Program-made: the position numbers and the translations under genes
Notes under the pieces: model-generated
Databases searched by the model: none
What the model saw: the letters and a program-made list of their open reading frames with translations, nothing else
Told to the model about the DNA's origin: nothing
NCBI GenBank assembly: GCA_023213395.1
Contig: CM041465.1
Span: 175,219,741 to 175,283,740 of the forward strand
Reading direction: 5' to 3'
Length of the DNA: 64,000 nt
From: Cycas panzhihuaensis
Taxonomy: Eukaryota; Plantae; Cycadophyta
Shown here: positions 50,906 to 62,989 of the stretch, piece after piece
Layout: every line of letters starts with the position of its first letter
Position numbering within the stretch: position 1 is the stretch's first letter

Positions 50906-53575
50906 CTTATACATTAAGTTCGGATGGTAAAGCAGTGCAAAGAGAAAAACTAAAGATAAAGAAAACCAATATTGGGACAGAAGAGCAACCCCAGATGATC
51001 ACTATGGGGGATTACTGAATGAGGAAATGGTGCAACAAGCTACCTCATTATTTTTAGAATATAAGGATGTGTTTGCCTAGTCCTATAAGGATTTAAAAGG
51101 CATTCTATAAGATAGAATTGGTAGAGGGAGCTAAGCCAGTAAGGCAATGACCATACTACATGAACCCAAAATACAAGGTAAAAGCCAAAGCTGAGCTTGA
51201 CAAATTATTAAAAACAGACTATATTTTTGAAGTTGAAAACAGTGAATGGGTAAGTCCTGTCGTAGTCATTTTTAAGAAAAATGGAAAGCTCAAAGTTTGT
51301 GTCGACTACAGAGCCTTAAACAAGGCAACAAGAAAAAGGATCCGTTCCTAATTCCCTTTATAGAGGATATTTTGAAAAAAGTGGCAAGACATGAGGTTTA
51401 CTCATTCATGGATGGATTTAGCAGGTACATTCAGGTTCAAATTGCACCGGAGGACCAATTAAAGATGACCTTTGTAACCGAATAGGGCACATATGCATTC
51501 AGAGTAATGCCATTCAGATTGACGAATGCCTCTGCTACATTCCAAACAGTAATTCTCAATATTTTCAAATAGACAATAGGAAAAAAATTGAGGTATTTCT
51601 TGACGATTGGACATTATTTAATTTATTAAAAGATCATCTTGGTTGTTTGCGTTTGATGCTTGAAACATGTAGAGGGAACAAATTATGTTTAAATCCTGCA
51701 AAATGCACCTTTACGGTACCATTTGGGACCTTATTGGGTCATGTAGTGACGAAGAATGGACTACTCATGGATTCCAACAAGGTAGCGGTAATTTTAAATT
51801 TTCCAGTACCAAAGACAGAGGCAAGTGAAAGGATTTTTAGGAATGACGAGGTACTATAGTAAGTTTATAAAAAATTATGCTAAGACAGTTAATCCCTTAG
51901 AAATCCTGTTAAGAAAGAAAAATGAATGGCAGTGGAAGTTATAGCAACAGTTGGCATTTGAATTATTGAAAAGAAAGATAGCCCAAGCATTAATTCTTAG
52001 ATTTTCGGATTGGGATAAGCCCTTTCACGTGCATGTGGATGCCTCCTTATTTGCTATTGGATGTGTATTGACACAGCCAGAAGATGACAAAACAGACCTA
52101 CCAATTTATTTTATAAGTTGGAAACTAACAGATGCAAAGAAAAACTACTCGGTGATGGAATCAGAAGGCTTGAGCATGGCATATGCTCTCCAAAAATTCA
52201 GACATTATTTACTGGCTAATCCATTTGTCTTTTTTGTGGATCATCAAACCCTTCAGTATTTAATCAATAAGCCTATAGTTCAAGGAAGAATCAACAGGTG
52301 GCCTATGTTGTTCCAAGAATTCAATTTCAAGATTATAGTAAAAAAAGGTGCCAAGCATACTATCCCAGACTTCTTGTCAAGGGAAGTTAATGAGGAACCG
52401 GCAACAGGGATTCATGATGATATTTCAAACGCAGAATTATTCTCCATCAAAGCAGTTCCTAAATGGTACAAGGACATTGCACAGTACCTGGTGACAAGAC
52501 AAACACCACGAGGGATGGAGCGCGTAGAACGACAAAGTTTTATCAAAAAAACTTTTCCCTTCCAATTAATCCAGGGAATGTTATACAGGATGAGACCAGA
52601 TCAAGTCCTGAAAAGATGCATAATGGAGCACAAAGTTGAAGCTGTCATTAGAGAAACCCATGAAGGAGCCGTAGCGAGACATCAAGGTATCAAGTCTGCA
52701 AGTAAGAAAATTCTATTGGCAGGACTCTGGTGACCCACAATTCTTGAAGACGTACAAAAATGGGTCGATAGTTGTGATGCATGTCAGCGAGTGGGGAAGC
52801 CGACAAAGAACCATTTTGTACCCTTGTGCCCTATTGGCCCAAGCTCCATTTGAAAAATGGGGATTGGATTTCTTTGGACCTATCAGTCCACCAGCTAGGC
52901 GTACAAATGCAAAGTATATTCTAGTAGCCACTAATTTTTTAACAAAATGGACCGAAGCAAAAGCAATGAGGACATGTGATGCTCAGAGTACAGCCCGATT
53001 TTTATACAAAATGATAATCATCCAGTTTGGCTACCCGTTAGAAATTGTTTCTGATCAAGGAAGTAGCTTTCTCAATAAAAAAATAAAGCATCTTACACAG
53101 GAATTTTTTATTTAGCATTCAAAATCTTCTCCATATTATCCATAAGCAAACGGGCAAATAGAGAGCACAAACAAAATTTTAAAACTGGCATTATCCAAAA
53201 TTTGCAATCAAGGACGAACGCACTGGGTAGAGCATCTTCATTCTGTTCTATACGCTGATAGGACAACAATAAAAAGACCCCATAAGCAAACTCCGTTTCA
53301 GTTGGTCTATGGATTAGAGGCCATAATTCCTCTAGAATTTCAGAAGGAAAGTTTGTGAGTGGCATCTCAACTACGGCTATCCGAAGATGATTCACGAGAC
53401 CAACGACTCTTAGATTTAATGAAATTCGATGAAAAACTGGCAAGGGCCTTGTGGGAACTGAAAGTAGAAAAGAAGAGACGAAAAGCATGGCATGATCAAC
53501 ACCTCAAAGTCCCACAGTTTCAAGAAGGAGATTTCATACTTCTGTATGATAGTAAATTTTGCATAAAGCCAAGAA

Positions 53576-56500
53576 TGTAACATTCTAAAAAACTAGTTAA
53601 AACTATGCCATGTAACCATTCAAATCCAAGGCCTCTGAATGAGGATTCTAACGGTTCAGATGAAAGTCAATTCCAACATTTGTATCAAATGTTATGACCG
53701 TTTAAAATTAGCCTGCTAATTTTGGAGAAGTTCTGGCCAACTTCTATTTAAATAGTATTAAGGATAATATCACCCAGTCTGGCTGACTTCTAATTGAAGT
53801 AGTTTGATCACTATCTATAGGAAGTTTGGGCTGCATCCCAAACCATCGTCGAAAGTTCTTTTTGCTGCGTATTTTCAATTCTAGGACTGCAATTAGCTTG
53901 CCCATTTTGGGGCTGTAGTTTGGAGGATTCCTCGCCTTGAAGAGGGAAGCTCACTACTTTAGTAAAGACTAGTATTTTGTTGTAATTTCGCTCTATTTTG
54001 GTATTATTTGACAATAAAGATTATTATTTACTTCTGTGGATTCTGTAATTCCTATTCCTTGTTCATTTTCTTGTTGAATAGCATCTAGTTACTGTCTTTT
54101 GTGGATTATTACCTGTATTTTTGAGGAAAATTACTATAAAAATAGAACTAGACCGCTACAAGTGGTATTAGAGCTTCGTTTTGAGGGGAAAGAGCAGAGG
54201 TAAAAGCACAAAAAAGGTCGAAAATCCCCCTCGCCCCCCCAAGGCAAGTAGAAATGGAATTGAGATCAAGGAAAAACCTCATTCCCAGGAAGATGGCAAC
54301 CCAATCCAGAACCTCAAAGGAAAAAATTAAAGGCACATCACAATTAAACCAGAGCATAAAGGCTTTAACAATCTTAATCCAGGAGTTACTAGCAAAAGCG
54401 GATCAAGTAACACAGAATGTGTCGGGTGGAGAAATGGATAACTTCAATGCATCAGGAATAGATCAGATAGATACCTGGAATAATCAAGAAAACCAAGGGA
54501 ATAGATTTGATGGACAAGTTTATGAAAGGAGAACTTCCAACATAGATAAAGGATGGAAAGGAGCAAGATTATCCTTGGAAAAACTTGATCCCGAAGTATC
54601 CAAGAATATCATAAATTGGATCTTATAAATAGAGAACTATTTCAGGGTTTATAACTCAACAACTAAGGAAAAGATGGAAATAGCATCCTTACACTTAAAT
54701 GGAAGGGCATTAAGGTGGTACTATTGGTGGCAAAAGATGAACTTACCAATACAACATACTTGGGAGAATCTAAGAGGAGGATTAGTAGAGCAATATGACA
54801 ATTCTTAGAGCACGAATTACTTCGCTCAGCTAACACGATTACATCAACAAGGAACAATCCAAGAATATACGGAACGATTTCAAATGCTACGATGTATGGT
54901 CTCAGAAAAAATACCGCAGGAATGTTTACTAGAGACTTATATCAGTGGATTGAAAAATCAGATCAAATTTAGAGTTAAAGTAGTAGACCCACCACAACTC
55001 CAAGTAGTAATTCGGATAGCAAGAAATGTGGAGGCATAACTCAAAGACAGTAGACCAACATATACAAGGAGATATGAGGCACCATCATATCAGACCCAGA
55101 ATCCTAATTGGGCAAAATTAGGAACAAAAGTAGATCCTCTTTTAGCTATAAGAAATATAGGAGAAAGCTCAAGAACAACAAAAGAGGAGCATATAAGAAA
55201 AGGGATGTGCTTCAAGTGTGGAGAAAAATGGAATAAAGAACACCAGTGCCTGGCAAAGAAGGTTTTCATGATCAATAATGAGGATGTAGAAATACCAGAA
55301 GAAGTAGAGGAAGAAGTAGAACAAGACCAGAGCATAGAAAGGGAGAAGGATGAACTTCTGGAAGTGGATACAGGGAATGTCCAAATCTCATTACAGGCCA
55401 TTATGGGGCAACAAGTATTCCCGCAAACCCTAAGATTCCAAGGACAAATCAAGGGAACACCAGTATCAATTTTGGTTGACAACGGGAGTACACACAATTT
55501 TATAAACAAGGCATCAGCAGAAAAACTGGGATTACAAGTGAAACCTCTCAACACATTCCAGGTGTCAATAGCAAATGGGAGAACAACACCATGTGGAGGA
55601 TACTGCAAAGATACAACTCTCCAAATCAACGATTACAAGGTCACAACTTGTATGTTTGCCATGCCCATAGACGGAGTGGACGTAGTTCTGGGGATTCGAT
55701 GGCTACAAATGCTGGGAAACATCGTTACCAACTATATGACAAGATTTATGTGTTTCCGACAAAAAGGATGCAAATATCGACTACGAGCCCCAGCCACACC
55801 TCCAGTTCAACTTGTATCATCTCACAGGATGGAAAATTTTCTAAAGAAGAATCCACAAGCGTACATAATATCATGTTACAAAGTAGAAATAGAAGACATT
55901 ACCCCAGAGATTTAGGCAATCTTAATAGAATATTAGAGAGTTTTTGAAGAACCCTAAGGACTGCCATCGAAAAGGGAATTAGAACACGCAATAGACCTTG
56001 TCCCTGGAGCAATACCGGTCAACATTCCTCCATAAAGACATCCTTATCATTTCAGGAAGGAAATTGAAAAAATCACACAAAAACTGTTGCTCCAAGGCAT
56101 AGTGGTGAAAAGCATCAGTCCATTTACCTCTCTCGTGGTGGTCAGTCCAAAGAAGGATGGATCTTACAGAATGTGTGTGGATTATTGTGGCCTGAATAAA
56201 TTGACCATCAAGAATCAATATCCTATCCTAAGAATTGAAGATTTGTTAGATGAGTTACATGGAGCCCGATACTTTTCAAAAATAGATTTGTGCTTAGGAT
56301 ACTACCAAATAAGGGTCAAAGAAGAAGATGTCTACAAAACTGCATTCAAAATGCATGCAGGGTTGTTTGAATTCAGGGTTATGCCTTTCGACTTAACAAA
56401 TGCTCCAACTATTTTCCAAAAAACAATGAATTCAATATTAAAACATGTTCTGAGGAAATTCATACTAGTTTTCTTTGACGATATCCTGATCTATAGCAAA

Positions 56501-59314
56501 ACATGGGAAGAACATATGGAACATATAAAGGCAGTCCTGCTCATACTTGAGAAAGTGCAATTGTTTGCAAATAAAAAAAAGTGTTCTTTCACAAAAGAGG
56601 AATTAGAGTATCTGGGCCACATTATCACAAGCAAAGGAATCAAAATTGATCCAAAAAAGATCCAGGCAATTGTAAACTGGCCAACTCTTAAGAATGTCAT
56701 AGGAGTAAGAAGTTTTTTGGGCGCAGTAGGATTTCTGAGAAAGTTCTATGCACACATAACATCGCCATTAACAGACCTGACCAAAAAAGATGCATTCAGA
56801 TGGAATTCAGGAGTAGAAGGAGCATTTCAAGAATTAAAACAAGCAATGATCACAGCTTCAGTATTGACCTTACCGGATTTTACTCAACCATTCACATTGG
56901 AATGTGATGCTTCAGGTTTTAGAATAGGAGCAATTCTGTTACAAGGAGGAAGACCTATAGTTTATGAAAGCTGGAAGGTGAATAATAGGGAAAAAACAAA
57001 ACCGATATATGACAAAGAGATGCTGGCCATTATGCACACAATACACCAATGGAGGCAATATTTATTACGGAGTAGATTTGTGGTCATAATTGATCACGAC
57101 TGCCTAAAGTACTTTCTGAATCAAAAGGCATTATCCGATGAGCAACAAAAGTGGGTCAGTAAGTTGCAGACTTTCAACTTCACCATAGAATACAAAAAGG
57201 GGAAAGAAAACGTAATAGCGAATGCTCTATCCAAACTGCCAGAGGAAGGAAACATTGAAGCCTCAGCCAATTCAATGACAATAGCAACTCCAAAATGGAC
57301 AACAGAGTTGGCAAAGGAATATGAAGATGACAAGATATCACAAGAAATAAGACAAAAGATTAGAGAAGGAAAAGCAGTGCACTTCACGGAACAAGGAGAA
57401 TTAATTCTAAGGAAAGGAAAAATATATGTTCCAAAGACAAGTAAACTAAAAGAAGCACTACTTCAAGAAGCTCACTCAACTCTAGTTTCAGGACATTCAG
57501 GGATGGATAAGACTTATAGAAGGTTTCGAAGTTCATTTTATTGAAAAGGGTTGAAATCCGACGTCCTCCGGTTTGTATCAGAATGTGATACATGTCAAAA
57601 GAATAAGACTGAATCTGCGAAGACCCCCGGGTCCTTCCCATTCCCCATCAAAAATGGGAAGAAATTTCTATGGATTTTATTACAGGTCTTCCGTATTCAA
57701 AAGGAAGAGACATAATTTTTGTAGTGGTAGACAAATTAACTAAATACACCCATTTCAGGGGAACTCAGATAGGAGCAAAAGCAAGCCAAATAGTAGAATT
57801 ATATATGAAAGGAATTCACAAACTACATGGCTTTCCAAAAGTTATAGTCAGCGACAGGGATTCCAAATTCACAAGTCACTTTTGGAAGGAGCTATTCAAA
57901 TCAGCTGGCACTAGCCTACACATGAGCTCAGCATACCACCTGCAGACAGATGGCCAGATAGAAATAATTAACAAATGTGTGGAGGGATACTTAAGAAACT
58001 TCACATCAAATAAACAGAAGCAATCGCTTCGATGGCTCCATTTGGCAAAATGGTGGTATAACACCACATACCACACAGTGGCAAAAATGTCACCATTTCA
58101 AGCACTATATGGGTATGAACCTCCATCACTCTTGAATTGGCTAAATACGTATAAAGTGCAAGCAGTCCAAGAAAACTTGCAATAGATGCAAGAAACAATG
58201 AAAATACTAAAGGATAATTTGGAGATGGCGAAGAATAGGATGAAGCAACAAGCAGATAGAAAGAGATCTGAACGGAGTTTCAGGATAGGAGAATGGGTAT
58301 TCTTAAGACTCCACCCCTACAAACCGATGTCGATGAAAGAAAATAATCAACATAAATTATCAGCAAGATTCTTTAGACCATATCAGATCGAGGAACGCAT
58401 AGGGGAAGTGGCATATCAGTTAAAACTGCCACCAGAAAGCAAAATCCACAATATATTCCACGTGTCTTGTTTAAAAAAAAAGTTGGGTGAAAAGGAGGCT
58501 CCACAAACAAATTTACCAACACTAGATGAAGAAGAAATGATGATAGTGGAACCTGAGGGGATACTGAAGACCAGGGACAAGAATTTGCAATCCAAGATAA
58601 TAAGAGAATATCTCATCAAATTGAAGGCATTGGAGCTTGAAGATGCAATGTGGGAGTCTGAAGAATAGATGCAGAAAAATGGGCCCTTACCAATGTTTGG
58701 AGGGCAAAGCATGTTTTGAAGGGGAGGGACTTGTAACATTCCAAAAACTAGTCAAAACTATGCCATATAACCATTCAATTCGAAGCCCTCTGAATGTGAA
58801 TTCCAACAGTTCTGATGAAAGTCAATTCCGACATCTATATCAAAAGTTATGACCGTTTAAAATTAACCTGCCAGTTTTGGAGAAGTTCTGGCCAACTTCT
58901 ATTTAAGCAGTACTAAGGATAATATCACCCACCCTGGATGACTTATAATTGAAGCATTTTGATCAATATATATAGGAAGTTTGGGCCACATCCCAAACCA
59001 TCGTCAGAGGTTCTTTTGGTTGCGTATTTTCAATTCTAGGGCTGCAATTAGCTCACCCATTTGGGGGCTGCAGTTTGGAGGGTTCCTCGCTTCGAAGAGG
59101 GGAGCTCACTTCTTCAGGAAAGACTAGTATTTTGTTGTAATTTCGCTCTATTTTGGTATTATTTGATAATAAAGATTATTATTTACTTTTGTAGATTCTG
59201 TAATTCCTATTCCTTGTTCATTTCTTGTTGAATAGCATCTAGTTATTGTTTTTTGTGGATTATTACCTGTATTTTTGAGGAAAATTGCTATAAAAGTAGA
59301 ACCAGATCGCTATA
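53576..59314 (+). mobile_element. Full-length chromoviral Ty3/Gypsy (Reina-like), 5.74 kb, AAGAA TSD
   Basis: TSD AAGAA 53571-53575 and 59315-59319. LTRs 53576-54160 and 58732-59314. PBS TGGTATtAGAGC 54163-54174. Gag knuckle CFKCGEKWNKEHQC, PR ILVDNGSTHNFI, RT/RH ORF 56087-57544 (FFDDILIYS), INT 57670-58668 with chromodomain EYLIK...DAMWESE. PPT GAAGGGGAGGGA 58718-58729. Confidence 0.96.
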
Positions 59315-59550
59315 AAGAAAGTTAAAACTATGATGGCTTGGTCCATACAAGGTGAACCAAATTCGACATAACGGAGCAGTGCGGCTCCAACAACTTGATG
59401 GAACACTAATTGAAAAACCAGTCAACGGAAGTCGACTGAAATGATATATGGCAAGTTTAACAAAAAGTTAAAAAAAAGAAAGACAAAAACCAGGGAAACA
59501 GATTTTCCTCGATGATCTCAAATTATGGAATTTTAAGGAATTGATCAAAG

Positions 59551-60400
59551 ATGCAAAAAGGTTGTAACTCGGGATGCAGAAGGTTGCAATCTATAGAGCA
59601 AAATGGTTGCAACTCGGGACACAAAAGTTTGCAATCGAGAATGAAAACCAGTCACAACCTTGATGCGAAAAGTTGTAACAAGGGGAGCAAAGTGGTTGCA
59701 ACCCAGGACACAGAAGGTTGCAACTCGGAAAGTGAAGTAGTTGTAACTCGGACGCAGAAGATTGCATCCCAAGAAACAAAGTGATTTCAACCCGAGACAC
59801 AGAAGGTTGCAAGCAAGAAGCGAAGCAGTTGCAATCTAGACGCAGAAGGTTACAACTAGGGAAGCAAAGCGATTGCAACCAAGAAGCGAAGCGATTGCAA
59901 CTCGGACATAAAAGGTTACAACCAGAAAAGCAAAGCAGTTACAACCCCAAACGCAGAAGGTTGCAACCGAGGAGGTAAAGAGGTTGCAACCCAAGATGCA
60001 GAAGGTTGCAACGAAGAAGCTAAACGATTGCAACTCGAATGCAGAAGGTTGCAACCAAAAAAGTAAAGTGGTTGCAACTCGAGATACAAAAGGTTGCAAC
60101 CAGAGAAGCAAAGTGGTTGCAACCCAAGACACAGAAGGTTGCAACCAGAGAAGCAAAGCGGTTCCAACCCGAGACGCAAAAGGTTGTAACCAGAGAAGCA
60201 AAGTGGTTGCAACACGGATGGAGAAGGTTACAACGTGGAAAGTAATCTGTTACAACTTGGACACAGAAGGTTGAAACTGAAGAAGTAAAACAGTTGCAAC
60301 CTGAGCGGTAAAGTGATTACAATTGAAGAAATAAAACAATTGCAACCTGAGATGCAGAAAGGGAGTAAAATAGTTGCAATACAGAATGTAGAAGGATACA
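59551..60400 (+). repeat. Tandem array, ~42-bp dimer of ~21-bp subunits each centred on palindromic GGTTGCAACC
   Basis: For example agaaggttgcaaccagagaagcaaagtggttgcaacccaagacac is repeated across 60040-60215. Dozens of degenerate gttgcaac cores. Periodic translations in all frames. Confidence 0.92.
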
Positions 60401-60404
60401 ACTA

Positions 60405-60640
60405 ATAAAGTGAAAGGATGGCAACCAGGTACAACCAAGAAAAGTTAAGGACCGTAACCAAACACAACCGAGGGAAGTAAAGGATTGCAACTAGGTGCAA
60501 CCAAGAAAAGTAAAGGATTGCAAACCGAGAAAAGTAAAGGATCACAACCAGACACAACCAAGGGAAGTAAAGGATTGCAACCAAGCGCAATCTAGAGGAC
60601 TTAAGGATTGCAACCAAGAAGAATAAAAGAATGCAGCCAG
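60405..60640 (+). repeat. Second tandem sub-array, ~33-bp unit (aaggattgcaaccaggcacaaccaagggaagta-like)
   Basis: Repeated aagtaaaggattgcaac...caaccaag units directly after the first array. Confidence 0.8.
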
Positions 60641-60957
60641 GCATAAATTAAAAAGGGAAAGACTATAACTAGATGTAGTCGAGGAAAACATTGTAAGGAA
60701 ACATAACCAGGAATAGCACCAAGTGTAATTAAATAGCAAAAGATTGTTATAAAAAGTTATGCAAAATGGAAGATAATTACATCAATAAAGAAACAGTCAA
60801 ATCAGGAAAATGTAGAAATAAAGCGAGGTACAAGTGGTTAATGATGACGACGACCGTTCGACGAAAATCGTTGGCAATCCGATTGACGCACAAGCCGAGA
60901 TGATTCAAGAAGCAAATATGGTGATAGGTGGACGTCATGCATAGGAGGAGAGAAAAG

Positions 60958-62823
60958 ATGGTACGTTGGGGTGGCAACTTAGTTATTGCAACCATAATTT
61001 GAAATCATAGTGGGTTTTGCATGGTTGAGAGGATACAGGGCAGCAGGGTTGAAGGCAGAAACCAGGAAACTTTGGAAGCAATTACAGAAGATCAAGATGA
61101 AGACTACTAGAGATATTCAGATTAATCTCCGAAGGTAGATAATGAAGGAATTAGGAACGATTGTTGTAATATGCGAAAGGAGGATGCGAGAAAAGTGAAT
61201 CTGACAAAGGCAGAATTTGCACAATATGTGCAAACCGGATTATTTCTAACAGCCATAAAATTTATGTTTGTAATGATTCAACTTAAAGCACACCAACCAG
61301 ATCTTCTAGATACTTCAGCGAAGGCTATTGCACAAGTTTCAGGGTTACTTGATTTAGGTGAAGAGGTGCCTAAGGATAAAAGAATCCCACAGGAGCAAGT
61401 GGCAAAACAATTAGGTGCATAAATATTAGATGTTTCTACATCTGGTATTTGTATCATCGATATTGCAGATAACCTTAGGCATTAGGTAGCTCATTTTCTT
61501 TCTACCCGAGTAATATTAAACCAGAAAAATTTGTATGTACCCATAGAGATGAGATCGACACTTCTACAAGTGGCGAAGGGAGATAAGTTTAACTGGGCTT
61601 CGTTTCTTTCAAGCAAGTTTGCAGAAAAATTGCATAACATCAAAGCAGGTCCATAGTCGGTAGTCTTTTATCATCAAAGCCTACTCCAGGGATTGTTGTA
61701 CTCGCAATGTCCTGATTTGGAACTACCCACAGCAGAATCAGGACAATCGATTATGACTAGATGGATTAATTACTTCAGAAGATGGAGAAAATTTTGACAC
61801 AATGAAATTCAAGATAAAGTGAAGGATTATTTTTTAAGAAAAAGCCAAGTCAGCAACCTTCAACCGACATCAGCAAAAGGAAGAAAGGGAAAATGACAAC
61901 GGGAAGAGGCGACCTTGCTAGCCGACAATCAAAGGGAGAATGATGAACAGAGAACCAGAGAGGAAAAGAACAAAAAGGAGAAGATTAGAAGAGGGAAGTA
62001 GAAGGTAGGTGATGTGTCAGTTAAGAAGGAAGTGGAGGAGGAAGAGCACCAGCCAGCCCCGCAACTTGAGAAACTTGCAAATACTAAAGAAGAAAGAAGA
62101 AAGAAGAGAAAAGTTGCCGCAGAGAAAGCCAAGGGGGAAATTATTGAAATTTTGAATAGTCAGACGACCCAGATGGACTTTGATTACAACAATAAGGAAT
62201 TGACTGAGGAAAGGATTTATCCAATGGAATGCCAGCCCCATAATGTGGCACACTGGAAGATTTCATTCCTAGCTAAAGTCATTTGGCAACTGGTTAGTGA
62301 GCTTGAAGCCTGGAGCAAAAGGCCACCGCCAGACTTGTAGAGGATTCAAAAGACAGAGGATCAGTTGGTCGCTTGTGAGACAAAATTGGAATTTTTGAGC
62401 AAGTTTATTCTGCATTGGGTTGGAGATACTTCTTGAATAGAGCATTTGGTACCAGTTTTCAATGCATTGTTTAATGAGCAAATCCCACAAGGATTGGAGA
62501 AGGTAGTTCGTAAACTGGGAGCCTGGATAATGCATACACAAGAAGATGTTGAATATGCCAATCATTTTTGGTTGATGATTACCTCCTTGCGAAGAGATTT
62601 GTTGTCTGTGGAGACAAGGAAAAGCGAATTGGAAGAGGAAATCGAACAACTGCACTCGAGAGAAAAGGCAACAATGGCCCAACTACAGGCATTACGCAAT
62701 GTTGTCATCTTCTATGATCACTGCAAGAAGTAGGGCATAAACCCACCTTGTACAGTTTATCGGCCTGATCCATAGTGGATTCACACGGAGATGGCAAAGA
62801 TCAGGAAGGACCGAGAAGGCTAA
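60958..62823 (+). pseudogene. Decayed extra ORF downstream of pol (sense): globular region, K/E-rich linker, C-terminal coiled coil
   Basis: ORF pieces 61171-61422, 62014-62340 and 62446-62733 are joined by stop-interrupted coding sequence (e.g. LLQVAKGDKFNWASFLSSKF). Heptad-like LRRDLLSVETRKSELEEEIEQL. Confidence 0.6.
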
Positions 62824-62845
62824 TCTTTTTTGTAGGATGAAGGCT

Positions 62846-62908
62846 AATGACTTTGTAATATTGTTGCTCTTGTGCCTAGTTATACATGTCAATAGGTAGA
62901 ACCACACA
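62846..62908 (+). repeat. 63-bp extra copy of the LTR 3' end (U5), duplicate of 63301-63363
   Basis: aatgactttgtaatattgttgctcttgtgcct...taggtagaaccacaca occurs at both positions with about 5 substitutions. Confidence 0.92.
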
Positions 62909-62909
62909 T

Positions 62910-62985
62910 TGGTTCCATTATTGGGACATGAACCCAGGTCTCTCGGGTGAAAGCTGAGTATCCTAACCAACTAGACTACAACGGA
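62910..62985 (-). tRNA. Full-length tRNA-Glu retrocopy (pseudogene) with genomically encoded CCA
   Basis: Reverse complement TCCGTTGTAGTCTAGTTGGTTAGGATACTCAGCTTTCACCCGAGAGACCTGGGTTCATGTCCCAATAATGGAACCA (76 nt) matches plant cytosolic tRNA-Glu as recalled (TCCGTTGTAGTCTAGCTGGTTAGGATACTCGGCTCTCACCCGAGAGACCCGGGTTCGAGTCCCGGCAACGGAA+CCA). Anticodon reads TTC, possibly decayed from CTC. Confidence 0.9.
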
Positions 62986-62989
62986 GAGA

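Noticed and set aside
59551-60400. CRISPR-like appearance (palindromic repeats with spacers)
   Set aside because: Spacers are only ~11 bp and themselves repeated. There are no cas genes and the context is a eukaryotic TE.
59545-60739. Many overlapping ORFs (VATR/LQP/CN repeats)
   Set aside because: Artefacts of the tandem array being open in several frames.
62910-62985. Functional tRNA-Glu gene
   Set aside because: Encoded CCA, mispaired acceptor and T stems, altered B-box and no nearby T-run terminator on the minus strand. Treated as a retrocopy.
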